64,000 nt of DNA from Candidatus Latescibacterota bacterium (GTDB taxonomy: Bacteria; Latescibacterota; UBA2968; GCA-2709665), in NCBI GenBank assembly GCA_965222075.1, contig OZ244937.1, forward strand, positions 2,720,001 through 2,784,000, given 5' to 3'. The position numbers and the translations under genes were made by a program. Below, in pieces: positions 55,197-64,000 of the stretch; position 1 is the stretch's first letter, and the number at the start of each line of letters is the position of its first letter. The notes beneath the pieces were generated by a model. The model made no database searches, was not told the origin of the DNA, and saw only the letters and a program-made list of their open reading frames with translations.

Positions 55197-56236
55197 TCAT
55201 CTTGAAAACCTCACCCCCAGCTTCACGCACCGTTCCGGATGCTCGTCGATCATCCGGTAAGCCTCTGCCGAGTCTTCAAACGGCACGATCGGCGTCACCA
55301 GACCTTCCACGCTCACCCGCTTCGCCCGGAGCAACTCGAAAGCCACCTGCTTGATCCGCGCGCTGTCCCACATCGGGTGGTCCCGGTTGGGATCGGAAAT
55401 CGACCGGCTCGACCGCATCGTGATGCGGTTGATGTGCCACTCCTCACCCAGCCGCAGCCCCTCTGCCTCGCCCTGGTAGAACCCCAGGGGCACCACCAGC
55501 CCCCCCAGGTGCGTTGCCCGGATGGCCTGGTGCAGCGCCCGGTAGGATCCGCTCGCCTCGATCGCCACATCCACACCCTTCCCCGTCATCCGCTTGATTT
55601 CCAGCCCGGCGTCCACTGCCGTCGGATCAAGCGCATCGTCCGCGCCGTGCTGCAGGGCCAGTTCTCTCCGATTCGCAAGAGGGTCCACTGCAATCGCCTG
55701 AACCGCCCCCGACAGCTTAGCCATCTGCAGCACCATAAACCCGATCGCCCCCAGCCCGAAAAGCGCCACCACCTCTCCCAGGCGCACGTTCGCATCCCGA
55801 ACCGCTCCCAGCGCGAACTCCGCCGGATCCCAGTAGACCACCTGTTCTGGCGTCATCTCCTCCGGCATCGGATGCAGGCGTCCTTCTGGCACCGTATGTG
55901 TTTCCCGGATCGGCATATGCCCGAACACCCGGTCGCCTACCTTGAACTTTTCCACCTCCGGCCCAACTCCGGTCACCGTGCCCACGCTCATATTCCCAAG
56001 CCGCACCGGAAAGCCCTGGTGCTCGCCCTGGTGCAGGCAGGCACAAAAACCTGCAACTCCGGATCATACCGCCTCCCGCTGAAGGGCGACACCCCCCGAT
56101 AGCTTCCCGACTCTGTCCCGTGTTTGGGCGCGCTGAACTCGGTCACCACCCGCACCTCATTCCTGCCCAATGACGGCTCATCGTATTCTCGAATCACCGG
56201 CTGCCTCGGGCCAACCGCCACCAGTTCCCTCGGCAT
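55197..56236 (-). pseudogene. Zinc-binding (MDR) alcohol dehydrogenase family gene, frameshifted near 56030
   Basis: The N-part MPRELVAVGPRQ..SAPKHGTE (56236-~56040) and the C-part FPVRLGNMSVG..FGLGAIG..CVKLGVRF are in different frames. Confidence 0.75.
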
Positions 56237-56261
56237 CTTGTACCCCCTCCTTCCCTACACC

Positions 56262-56286
56262 GGGGCGCATCGCAATGCGCCCCTAC
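56262..56286 (-). repeat. GTAG-type REP sequence overlapping the GNAT stop codon
   Basis: Minus strand reads GTAGGGGCGCATTGCGATGCGCCCC. Its TAG is the stop of the GNAT gene. Confidence 0.65.
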
Positions 56287-56798
56287 AGGTATTTATAATA
56301 CGTAACATGCTCCCTGACAATGTCAAACCCCGCCTTCTCATACGCCCGCCGGGCGGGCGCGTGACCCTCGTCCATCCCGGTGGACACGGACGCATACGAA
56401 AGCCCCGCCTGCCGGAACAGATCCAGGACGTAGCCATACATCGCCGTTCCGATCCCCTTCCCCGCCAGCTGTGGCGCAACCCCATTGTTGCCAATGGTCC
56501 CCATCGCCCTCTCCTGATCGATCCGGAATGTAATAAAGGCAACCGCCTCGCCCGTCTCGACCGCCTCCACCACGCGGAACCAGTCCGGATGGCGCTCCCA
56601 GTGGCCGCACACCTGGGCCTCCTTGTCCGCCTCCCAGTTGGCGCAGAGCACGCCGTGCAGTTCCTCGCCCAGAATTTTCACAGCACTCTCATGAATTCGC
56701 ACCCACGCCTGCCGGGCGATCCGGCCCACCCGGTCCATATCGCGCCCGGTCGCCCGGCGGATGCGATAACCGGGAGCGATTGTTGGGTCCAACCCCAC
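56283..56798 (-). CDS. GNAT family N-acetyltransferase
   Basis: NGVAPQLAGKGIG acetyl-CoA motif, HAPARRAYEKAGF. GTG start with a GGAGG RBS. Confidence 0.85.
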   Translation of the reverse strand: MGLDPTIAPGYRIRRATGRDMDRVGRIARQAWVRIHESAVKILGEELHGVLCANWEADKEAQVCGHWERHPDWFRVVEAVETGEAVAFITFRIDQERAMGTIGNNGVAPQLAGKGIGTAMYGYVLDLFRQAGLSYASVSTGMDEGHAPARRAYEKAGFDIVREHVTYYKYL

Positions 56799-56913
56799 TT
56801 TATCAGCCCTCCAAATCCCAAAAGAAAAGGATTGACATTTCGAACAGAGTGAATATCTTAGCCGGAAATCAGACCGTTCATATCCATCGCCGGTTCGGAA
56901 GGAGCGCACCTCT

Positions 56914-57678
56914 ATGAAACTTGGAATCGTCACCTACCAGATCGCCAAAGACTGGGACGTGCCCACCCTCATCGACATGTGTCAGAAGATCGGCCTGCAG
57001 GGCGTTGAGCTCCGCACCACCCACGCCCACGGCGTCGAAATCGACCTCACCGCCGACCAGCGCCAGGGCGTCAAACAGCAGTTCGCCGACGCCGGAGTCG
57101 AAATCGTCGGACTTGGCAGCGCCTTTGAATACCACGCCGTCGAACCCGAAGTCGTCAAACAAAACGTCGACGGCACGGTCGAATACGCCAGGCTCGCCGC
57201 AGACCTGGGCTGTCCCGGCGTCAAAGTCCGCCCCAACGGCCTCCAGGTGGACAAGGGCGTCCCCGCTGAGAAAACCCTGGAACAGATCGGCCTGGCCTTA
57301 CGCGAGTGCGGGCAGACCGCCGCAGACTTAGGCGTTGAAATCCGCCTGGAAGTCCACGGCCGGGAAACCAGCAATCCCAAAAACATGCGCACCATTATCG
57401 ACCACGCCGACCACGACAACGTCTATATCTGCTGGAACTCCAACCCGGGAGAGACTATCGACGGCTCCGTCAAAGAGAACTTCGACCTCCTCAAACACAA
57501 ACTCAGCCTCGTTCACATCAACGAACTCCACAGGGCCGAATACCCCTGGCGGGAACTCTTCTCCCTCCTCAAGGCCGAAAACTACACCGGCTACACCCTT
57601 GCCGAAATCCCGGACAGCCCCGAACCCGAACGCCTGCTGCGCTACTACAAGGCCCTCTGGGAGGCCTACACGGCGTAG
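56914..57678 (+). CDS. Sugar phosphate isomerase/epimerase (xylose isomerase-like TIM barrel)
   Basis: GVELRTTHAHGVE, IRLEVHG, CWNSN, VHINEL, LAEI. Confidence 0.85.
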   Translation: MKLGIVTYQIAKDWDVPTLIDMCQKIGLQGVELRTTHAHGVEIDLTADQRQGVKQQFADAGVEIVGLGSAFEYHAVEPEVVKQNVDGTVEYARLAADLGCPGVKVRPNGLQVDKGVPAEKTLEQIGLALRECGQTAADLGVEIRLEVHGRETSNPKNMRTIIDHADHDNVYICWNSNPGETIDGSVKENFDLLKHKLSLVHINELHRAEYPWRELFSLLKAENYTGYTLAEIPDSPEPERLLRYYKALWEAYTA

Positions 57679-57685
57679 CGCGTAA

Positions 57686-57873
57686 GAAGCTGTCTTAAAA
57701 CCCCCAGCGGTCTTCGCACGGCTGCAAAAGCGCCGGTCGGCGTTGGTCAAACCCACCCGTATCTTGAGGTCGAGGCTGCGCGCCCCTCGCCTCTCATAGG
57801 CGGGTTCTCCCGCCTGGACCGACACCTTTTCGCTCGCGCTCGGGAACCCCACCAGGAATTTTAAAACAGCTTC
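57686..57873. mobile_element. 188-bp MITE with IS5-family ends
   Basis: IRs GAAGCTGTCTTAAAA / TTTTAAAACAGCTTC match the ends of the IS at 15603-16558. Flanked by a TAA direct repeat (57683-57685, 57874-57876). No transposase inside. Confidence 0.85.
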
Positions 57874-58004
57874 TAAGGTAATAGATGTGAGGGTGTAGAT
57901 CAAGCGTTCTTAAACCCGTTGTATTTCTTCCCATCCTTTCGTATGTTTTTCCTCTCAATCCGTCCGTATCCTTCCGTGTGCTTTGATCCACCAGAACCGA
58001 ACCT

Positions 58005-59381
58005 ATGCCCCGCAAAGCCCTCGTCGGCCTCATCCTCGCCATGCTCCTTCCTCTGGCCGTTCTCCTCTGCCCGGGCGACCTTTCCCTGCTATCCCGGCTG
58101 GCCCTTGCCATCTCCGCCTTCACCATTCTCTTTTGGACCTTCGAACCTGTACCCATCGAATACACCTCGCTCCTTATGCTCCTCCTCTTCCCCCTCCTCG
58201 GCGTCATCTCCTTCGAAACCACCTTCGCCGCCTTTTCCGGCAAAGCCGTCTGGCTGGTCTTCTCCGGCATGGCCTTAAGCCTGGCCATCACGGAGACCCC
58301 CCTGGGCGCCCGGCTTGCCCGTCTCGTCCTGGTCCGCATCGGGAGCTACGGCAAACTCCTCCTCAGCATCCACCTCCTCGGCGTCCTCTCGGCTCTCCTC
58401 ATCCCTTCGGGCGTCGTCCGCATCCTCATCCTCATGCCCATGATCATCAGCCTCCTCAAGGCCCTGGGGGAAAAACCCGGATCTCGCACCAGCGCAGCCC
58501 TGATCCTCTCCCTGGTGTGCTCGACCTACTACGGCGGCACGGGCGTCCTCACCGCCTCGGTCCCCAACATGGTCGTCTTCGGCGTAATGGAATCCCGCAA
58601 CATTCCCATCTTCTGGGGGGAATGGGGCCTCTACCTCTTCCCTGTTATCGGCCTCCTCCGTGTCGGCTGCTGCTATCTCCTGATCCGTCTCCTCCTGCCC
58701 GTCCGTCCACCTCCCGTGCTCGCAGCCATCCCGACAGATACACCCCAGATCCCGGCAGCCGTCACCCCTGCCGAAAAGAAAACCGTCGGCATCCTCCTGC
58801 TGGGCACCCTCTGCTGGGCGTCCGACGCCTTCCACGGCATTCATCCCGCCACCATCGGCCTCGCCCTGGTTCTCCTGTGCTACCTGCCCGGCTGGGGGCC
58901 CCTCTCGCCCGACCGGTTGAAGGGGGTCAACTTCCCCATCCTCATCTATATCGCCGCCGTCTTCGCCATGGGGTATGCCCTTGAAAAGACCGGCTTCAAC
59001 GCCCACCTGGCCGGCATCCTCACCGGTTGGCTCGATCTCTCAGAAGCCAACACCCTCTTCAAACTGGGCGCCATCACCTGCCTGACCGTCCCCTTCGACT
59101 TCCTGGCGGATACCGCAGCCATTGCCGGCGTCCTCACCCCCTTCCTCCTCGACTTCGGCGCCAGCATCGGCCTGCCGCCCCTGCCCACCGCCCTTAGCGT
59201 CGCGATCGGCACAAGCCTCGTCTGCATCCCCTACCAATCCGCCCCCTGGGTGCTCGCCTACAGTTTCCGCTACGTCCGCATGGGGCAGTTTATCCTCACC
59301 ATGACCCTCATCTCCACCCTCACACTTCTCCTCCTGCTCCCTCTCAACCTCCTCTACTGGCGCCTCATCGGCCTCTTCTAA
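58005..59381 (+). CDS. SLC13/DASS family anion permease
   Basis: Many TM helices, WTFEPVP, LIPSGVVR, LTASVPN, IPYQSAP. Confidence 0.85.
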   Translation: MPRKALVGLILAMLLPLAVLLCPGDLSLLSRLALAISAFTILFWTFEPVPIEYTSLLMLLLFPLLGVISFETTFAAFSGKAVWLVFSGMALSLAITETPLGARLARLVLVRIGSYGKLLLSIHLLGVLSALLIPSGVVRILILMPMIISLLKALGEKPGSRTSAALILSLVCSTYYGGTGVLTASVPNMVVFGVMESRNIPIFWGEWGLYLFPVIGLLRVGCCYLLIRLLLPVRPPPVLAAIPTDTPQIPAAVTPAEKKTVGILLLGTLCWASDAFHGIHPATIGLALVLLCYLPGWGPLSPDRLKGVNFPILIYIAAVFAMGYALEKTGFNAHLAGILTGWLDLSEANTLFKLGAITCLTVPFDFLADTAAIAGVLTPFLLDFGASIGLPPLPTALSVAIGTSLVCIPYQSAPWVLAYSFRYVRMGQFILTMTLISTLTLLLLLPLNLLYWRLIGLF

Positions 59382-59392
59382 AAGCTTAACCC

Positions 59393-59421
59393 TTGACAAT
59401 ATCGAACCGGCAGAGTACCAT
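59393..59421 (+). promoter_or_regulatory. Sigma70-like promoter for iorA
   Basis: TTGACA-17 nt-TACCAT. Confidence 0.55.
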
Positions 59422-59482
59422 CTCATACCAGTACAAAATTGACGCTTGAGATAGAAACGCGACATCCAACAGGAGACCCCCC

Positions 59483-61099
59483 GTGGCCGCGCAAAAAATC
59501 AACGGAGACCGCTCCCTCGCCTGGGGCGCCATCGAAGCCGGTATCAGCATGGTCACCGGCTATCCCGGTTCCCCCGGCACCGGGACTTTCAATGCCCTGG
59601 CCGAAACCGCATGGGACTACGGCCACCACGCCGAATGGTGCATCAACGAACGCATCGCCCTCGACGTGGCCGCCGGCGCCTCCCAGGGGGGAAAACGGGC
59701 GCTCGTCTGCATCAAAAGCGTCGGCATGAACGTCGCCTTAGACACTTTGATGGTCCTCAACATGACCGGCGTCTACGCCGGCCTTGTCATCCTCATGGGC
59801 GACGACCCGGGCGCCTGGGGGTCTCAGAACGAGCAGGACACCCGTGCCCTGGGTCCCCTGGCCGAACTCCCCATGCTCGAACCGGCAACCCCGGGTGAGG
59901 GTCGTCAGATGGTGCGCTTCGCCTTCGACCTCTCCGAATCCCTCCGCACCGTTGTCATCATCCGCATTACCCGCAGCTTCAGCACGCGCGAGGAAGACCT
60001 CTCCCCACCCTCGCCCCCCCAGACCAGACCCACCCTCCCGCCGGACAGGCAACCGATGCGCTGGGTATCTTCCCTGCGCAACTGCATCCCCAACCACCAC
60101 CGCCTCCACCAGACCGTCCGGAAGCTCGCAGACCGGTTCGGCAGCCTGCCGTTCAACCGGCTCGAAGGCCCGGGCCCCAGGGGCATCCTTGCCGGCGGCT
60201 TCGTGTATACCAAACTAAAGGAGGCCCTCGCCGGCGCCGATACCTCCAACCTCTGCATCCTCAAACTCAGCGCCCTGTATCCGCTGCCCGGGGACCTCAT
60301 CGCCCAATTCCTGAAAACATGCCATGAGGTCCTGGTCCTCGAAGAAGTGGACCCCTACCTCGAAGACGCGGTCAAAACGGTCGGCTACGACATTGGCGCA
60401 ACCCCCGGAATCCTCGGCAAGCGGACCGGCCACGTCAACTGGGAGGGCGAACTCTTCCGCTGGCACATCCAGAAGGCCTTAGACGCCTTCATCCCGGGCT
60501 TTTCTCCCGCCCGGCGCTACACCCAAGCCGAATGGGAAAAGGAAAAGCCCTACCGCAAAGCTTACTGCGCGGGGTGCCCCTACCTTGAAATCCTCACCGC
60601 CTTCCGGGAAGAGGCCGTGGCCCTGGGCCAGAATCCCTTCCTCGCCGGCGACCCTGGCTGCGTCGTCGTCGCCGTCCGACACCTGGACACCAAGCTCTGC
60701 ATGGGATCCTCCATCGGCGTGGCCGCCGGTCTTGAAAAGGCCGGCGTCTCGGAACGCACGGTAGCCGTCATCGGGGACTCTTCATTTTACCACACCAGCA
60801 TAAACGCCCTCATCCACGCCCGGGCCACCGGCGCAAACCTCCTGCTGCTCGTCCTCGACAACGGAGGATCGCTCACCACCGGCGGCCAGCCCACCCCCGA
60901 CAGGGGACTCCCCCTGCCCGAAAAAACCGGCCCCCCCGTGGGCATCCGCGACTTGGCAGCGGCCTGCGGCGTCGAATCCATCTGGACCGTAGAAGAAGAA
61001 GACCCCGAAGACCGGATGCGGGCCGTCTTCCGTGAGGCCCTCACCACAGACCACCTCGCCCTGGTCATCGTCCGCAAACCCTGCAAAAATGTAGAATAA
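59483..61099 (+). CDS. iorA: Indolepyruvate:ferredoxin oxidoreductase alpha subunit-like, without the C-terminal ferredoxin
   Basis: GYPGSPGT, WCINE, KSVGMNVA, DDPGAWGSQNEQDTR, CAGCP, GDPGC, CMGSSIG, IGDSSF..LDNG (TPP motif). Confidence 0.85.
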   Translation: MAAQKINGDRSLAWGAIEAGISMVTGYPGSPGTGTFNALAETAWDYGHHAEWCINERIALDVAAGASQGGKRALVCIKSVGMNVALDTLMVLNMTGVYAGLVILMGDDPGAWGSQNEQDTRALGPLAELPMLEPATPGEGRQMVRFAFDLSESLRTVVIIRITRSFSTREEDLSPPSPPQTRPTLPPDRQPMRWVSSLRNCIPNHHRLHQTVRKLADRFGSLPFNRLEGPGPRGILAGGFVYTKLKEALAGADTSNLCILKLSALYPLPGDLIAQFLKTCHEVLVLEEVDPYLEDAVKTVGYDIGATPGILGKRTGHVNWEGELFRWHIQKALDAFIPGFSPARRYTQAEWEKEKPYRKAYCAGCPYLEILTAFREEAVALGQNPFLAGDPGCVVVAVRHLDTKLCMGSSIGVAAGLEKAGVSERTVAVIGDSSFYHTSINALIHARATGANLLLLVLDNGGSLTTGGQPTPDRGLPLPEKTGPPVGIRDLAAACGVESIWTVEEEDPEDRMRAVFREALTTDHLALVIVRKPCKNVE

Positions 61100-61138
61100 A
61101 AAAAAGGCCCTCCGGGTCGCGGAACCCGAAAGAGCCTT
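61098..61138 (-). terminator. Intrinsic terminator between convergent genes
   Basis: Minus strand AAGGCTCTTTCGGGT..ACCCGGAGGGCCTT running into a T-tract. Confidence 0.6.
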
Positions 61139-61177
61139 GTTGACATCCCGATCCACCTGTCTGCGTCGAGTACTCGA

Positions 61178-61771
61178 CTAGCGCAGGAATTTCATGCTCG
61201 AAATAATCCCCCTGTATTCCTCCAGAGGGAAGTGAACGCGAATGCCGCTGCCCAGCATCACATACACCTGCTGCCTGTGCACCACCACCGCGGCCAGAAA
61301 CCGGCTGCCATATCCCCGGAAGGAAGCCGTCCGGAAGACCCACTCCACCCCTTCAGCAGCATCTATCTGCAGCGTCCGTTTCTCCTCTGCACCGTACCCG
61401 ATAAATCTGGCCCTGAGCTCTTCTTCCAGGGAAGCCACAAACGTCTCTATGGTATTCCCCCGAGGCAGCGCCCGGGGATCTACGACCAGCGTGGGCCGAA
61501 ACCGGGTTCCCTGCAGTGGAAACTTTGAAATCTGCACATTCACTTTGGGCAGGCCGTTGGACTCGCGGTCCTGGAAAAGGGTCTGGGCGTTCAAGCTCCA
61601 GGTCGAATCGTCTGGAACGGTAAGCTGAAACCCCCACTCCTCGTTGACGTAGACCGTGCCCTCTGAAGAGGAAGTTTCGCTGTCGGGATCGGTCGGAATC
61701 GGACCACAGCCCAGCGTTAACTGCGCCAACAAGGTGAGAAAGACCGGAATCCACCGCTGATTTCGACACAT
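61178..61771 (-). CDS. Hypothetical lipoprotein (PsbP/Mog1-like)
   Basis: Lipobox TLGC, YVNEEWGFQLTVP..W, C-terminal IISSMKF. Confidence 0.6.
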   Translation of the reverse strand: MCRNQRWIPVFLTLLAQLTLGCGPIPTDPDSETSSSEGTVYVNEEWGFQLTVPDDSTWSLNAQTLFQDRESNGLPKVNVQISKFPLQGTRFRPTLVVDPRALPRGNTIETFVASLEEELRARFIGYGAEEKRTLQIDAAEGVEWVFRTASFRGYGSRFLAAVVVHRQQVYVMLGSGIRVHFPLEEYRGIISSMKFLR

Positions 61772-61985
61772 AGGTAAGCCTCTTTGGTGAGGAGGTTTCC
61801 CCGGCTCTTTCAGTCAAATACGGCAGGGTTCACGGTTCAAATTACCAAATTTAACGCCCCCGGTCAATATCCACCTCCACCCTCTCCTGGAAAATCGCAA
61901 CATCCCATGCCGTTTTCCTGAGCGCAGCAGCCATCCCCCTGCCTTCCAATCGCTCAAGTCTGTAACGCGTAAACATCGCGGTCCT

Positions 61986-62663
61986 TCAATTCACCGGCCC
62001 CAGCCTGCGCCACCGAATCCTTTCAAACAGGTTCCAAAACGACGCGCTGGTGTCTTGGGAGAAGTAGATCAGCAGCGGATGCGCCTTGATCTTTTCCAGC
62101 GAAACCGTCCCCCAAAACCGGCTGTCGTAGCTGTTGTCCCGGTTGTCTCCCATCACAAAAATGTGCCCCGGAGGCACCGTATAAGGACCGAAGTTGTCCC
62201 GCGCGCTGTACCGCCGGGGCTGCTCCTGGCGGTCCATATACTTGACCCCGGGAGGGTCCCGAAACGGCTGCCCATCCACGTAAACCACCTTATTCTTGAC
62301 CTCAACCGTCTGGCCCTCTACGGCGATACACCGTTTGATAAAATCCCGGGACGGATCGTCCGGAAATTCAGCGATCACAAGATCGCCCGGCCTGGGGCCG
62401 CGAAATCCGGGCATCCGAAACGAGGGCAGCTTCAGGTTCAGGATCGGCAGGCGGTCGGGAATCTGCGTCCCAAACGTCAGCTTATCGCCCAGCACATAAT
62501 CCCCCGCCAGAAGCGTATCCTCCATCGATCCTGAAGGAATATGATACGCCTGCACCAGCGTTGCCCGAATTAAAATAAACAGAACAGCGGCAAAAAGAAG
62601 GCCCTTTGCATAGGCTTTTGCAATCTGAAGCCCAAATGGCTTCCCCACCCAACGTCCATCCAT
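61986..62663 (-). CDS. lepB: Signal peptidase I, copy 2
   Basis: IPSGSMEDTL (Ser), DFIKRC (Lys), MGDNRDNSYDSRFWG. Confidence 0.9.
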   Translation of the reverse strand: MDGRWVGKPFGLQIAKAYAKGLLFAAVLFILIRATLVQAYHIPSGSMEDTLLAGDYVLGDKLTFGTQIPDRLPILNLKLPSFRMPGFRGPRPGDLVIAEFPDDPSRDFIKRCIAVEGQTVEVKNKVVYVDGQPFRDPPGVKYMDRQEQPRRYSARDNFGPYTVPPGHIFVMGDNRDNSYDSRFWGTVSLEKIKAHPLLIYFSQDTSASFWNLFERIRWRRLGPVN

Positions 62664-62718
62664 ACACAGGCCTCCCTATTGGAGCTACCCTACATCACTT
62701 GGAAGTCTTCCAAATCCT

Positions 62719-63375
62719 TCAATTCACCGGCCCCAGCCTGCGCCATCGAATCTTTTCAAACAGGTTCCAAAACGGCGCGTCGGCGTTCCAGGAGAAGTAG
62801 ATCAGCAGCGGATGCGCCTTGACCTTTTCCAGCGAAACCGCCCTCCAGACGCGGCTGTCGGAGCTGTTGTCCCGGTTGTCTCCCATCACAAAAATGTGCC
62901 CCGGAGGCACCGTATAAGGACCAAAATTGCCCCGCTGCCGGTAATCCGTATACTTGACCCCGGGAGGGTCCCGAAACGGCTGCCCATCCACATAAACCAC
63001 CCTGTTCTTGACCTCAACCGTCTGGCCCTCTACGGCGATACACCGCTTGATAAAATCCCGGGACGGATCATTCGGGAATTCGAAGATGACGATATCGCCC
63101 GGCCCGGGATCGCGAAACCCGGGCATCCGAAACGAGGGCAGCTTCAGGTTCAGGATCGGCAGGCGGTCGGGAATCTGCGTCCCAAACGTCAGCTTATCGC
63201 CCAGCACATAATCCCCCACCAGAAGCGTATCTTCCATCGATCCTGAGGGAATATGATACGCCTGCACCAGCGTTGCCCGAATTAAAATGGCCAGAAAAAT
63301 CGCAAAACAGATCGACTTTGCATAATCTTTCACAGCCTGTTTTCCGGGCTGTCTCCCGGTCCGAGGTTTATTCAT
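62719..63375 (-). CDS. lepB: Signal peptidase I, copy 1
   Basis: IPSGSMEDTL, DFIKRC, MGDNRDNSSDSRVW. Confidence 0.9.
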   Translation of the reverse strand: MNKPRTGRQPGKQAVKDYAKSICFAIFLAILIRATLVQAYHIPSGSMEDTLLVGDYVLGDKLTFGTQIPDRLPILNLKLPSFRMPGFRDPGPGDIVIFEFPNDPSRDFIKRCIAVEGQTVEVKNRVVYVDGQPFRDPPGVKYTDYRQRGNFGPYTVPPGHIFVMGDNRDNSSDSRVWRAVSLEKVKAHPLLIYFSWNADAPFWNLFEKIRWRRLGPVN

Positions 63376-63721
63376 AGAAATCGCGGCGTGGCAACCACCG
63401 CCTCCTTTCTGTGGATAAGATGGTGTTCCTCATCAGGGCCGCCAAGATCAAAAGAGATCAAAAAATGCCCCTGTACACGACCAATGGTGGCGTAAAATAC
63501 CCCTCCCACCACAGGCTGTCAAGCAAATTTCCGCACACCCTTGCCAAACCGCTTGACGCCTGCCTGAGATCGACTTAAATTGCCTTGCCTGCGGAAAATC
63601 CTCCACCAGAATAGGGGCGAGTGGCAAGTGGTGGGCAGCGAGTTGCAATCAGGATGTCTTACTCGCCACTCACTCCTGCCTTCACGCGACGATCTCTATG
63701 GTTTTTAAAAGGAGCACTGCC

Positions 63722-64000
63722 ATGCGAGAAGTCCGATGGGAGCGCATGTTCCCTGACCAGCTGGAAAAGGCATTTGCAGACTGTCCCGTAGTCTATTTCA
63801 CCTACGGCCTCTGTGAGCCTCACGGTCCCCAAAACGCGGTGGGGCTGGATGCCCTCAAGGCCCACGGCATTGCCTGTAAGACCGCCCGCGCGCACGGCGG
63901 CATCGTGGCCCCACCCGACTACTGGCACATCCACGAACTGGGCGGCTACGCCCTCTGGTGCGAACGCACCGTGGGCCAGGTCGAACGCGCCTGGCTCACC
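63722..64000 (+). CDS. Creatininase family protein, 5' part (runs off the window end)
   Basis: Manual translation after an AAGGAG RBS: MREVRWERMFPDQLE..YGLCEPHGPQNAVGLDALKAHG..GGIVAPP. Confidence 0.8.
   Translation, partial: MREVRWERMFPDQLEKAFADCPVVYFTYGLCEPHGPQNAVGLDALKAHGIACKTARAHGGIVAPPDYWHIHELGGYALWCERTVGQVERAWLT

Noticed and set aside
63614-63680. Inverted repeat upstream of the creatininase-family gene as a possible tRNA or riboswitch
   Set aside because: It is a single imperfect stem with no cloverleaf, T-loop or known aptamer motif.

Overview
A bacterial chromosomal window, mostly GC-rich. Gene content (a plant-type LRR protein, FCB-like outer-membrane genes) suggests, by inference only, an uncultured host- or sponge-associated lineage such as Latescibacterota. 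The housekeeping and metabolic genes are phoBR, a Tat-exported xanthine-dehydrogenase-family molybdoenzyme, RNase II, RidA, an esterase, PhoX, IorA and tandem signal peptidases. Two defence islands interrupt them. Island 1 (~9.0-26.1 kb) is an SspABCD-like DNA phosphorothioation module: cysteine desulfurase, DUF4007, large ATPase and a frameshifted PAPS-reductase. It is followed not by SspE but by GIY-YIG, DGQHR/DndB, SF2 helicase, GHKL/MORC ATPase and PLD genes, plus two IS elements and a KAP NTPase. Island 2 (~41-53 kb) carries McrBC with a chimeric N-terminus, a two-gene PLD module and a Type ISP/IIG-like RM enzyme. Three signals are not visible in the ORF track: (i) a secreted, beta-barrel-like gene (37028-37693) read through two in-frame TGA codons forming a UxxU motif, followed by a SECIS-like hairpin, i.e. 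a candidate new selenoprotein; (ii) a tiny CCTG..CAGG palindromic element inserted in-frame into two unrelated proteins; (iii) a MITE sharing its ends with the resident IS5-family element. No rRNA, tRNA or CRISPR array was seen.
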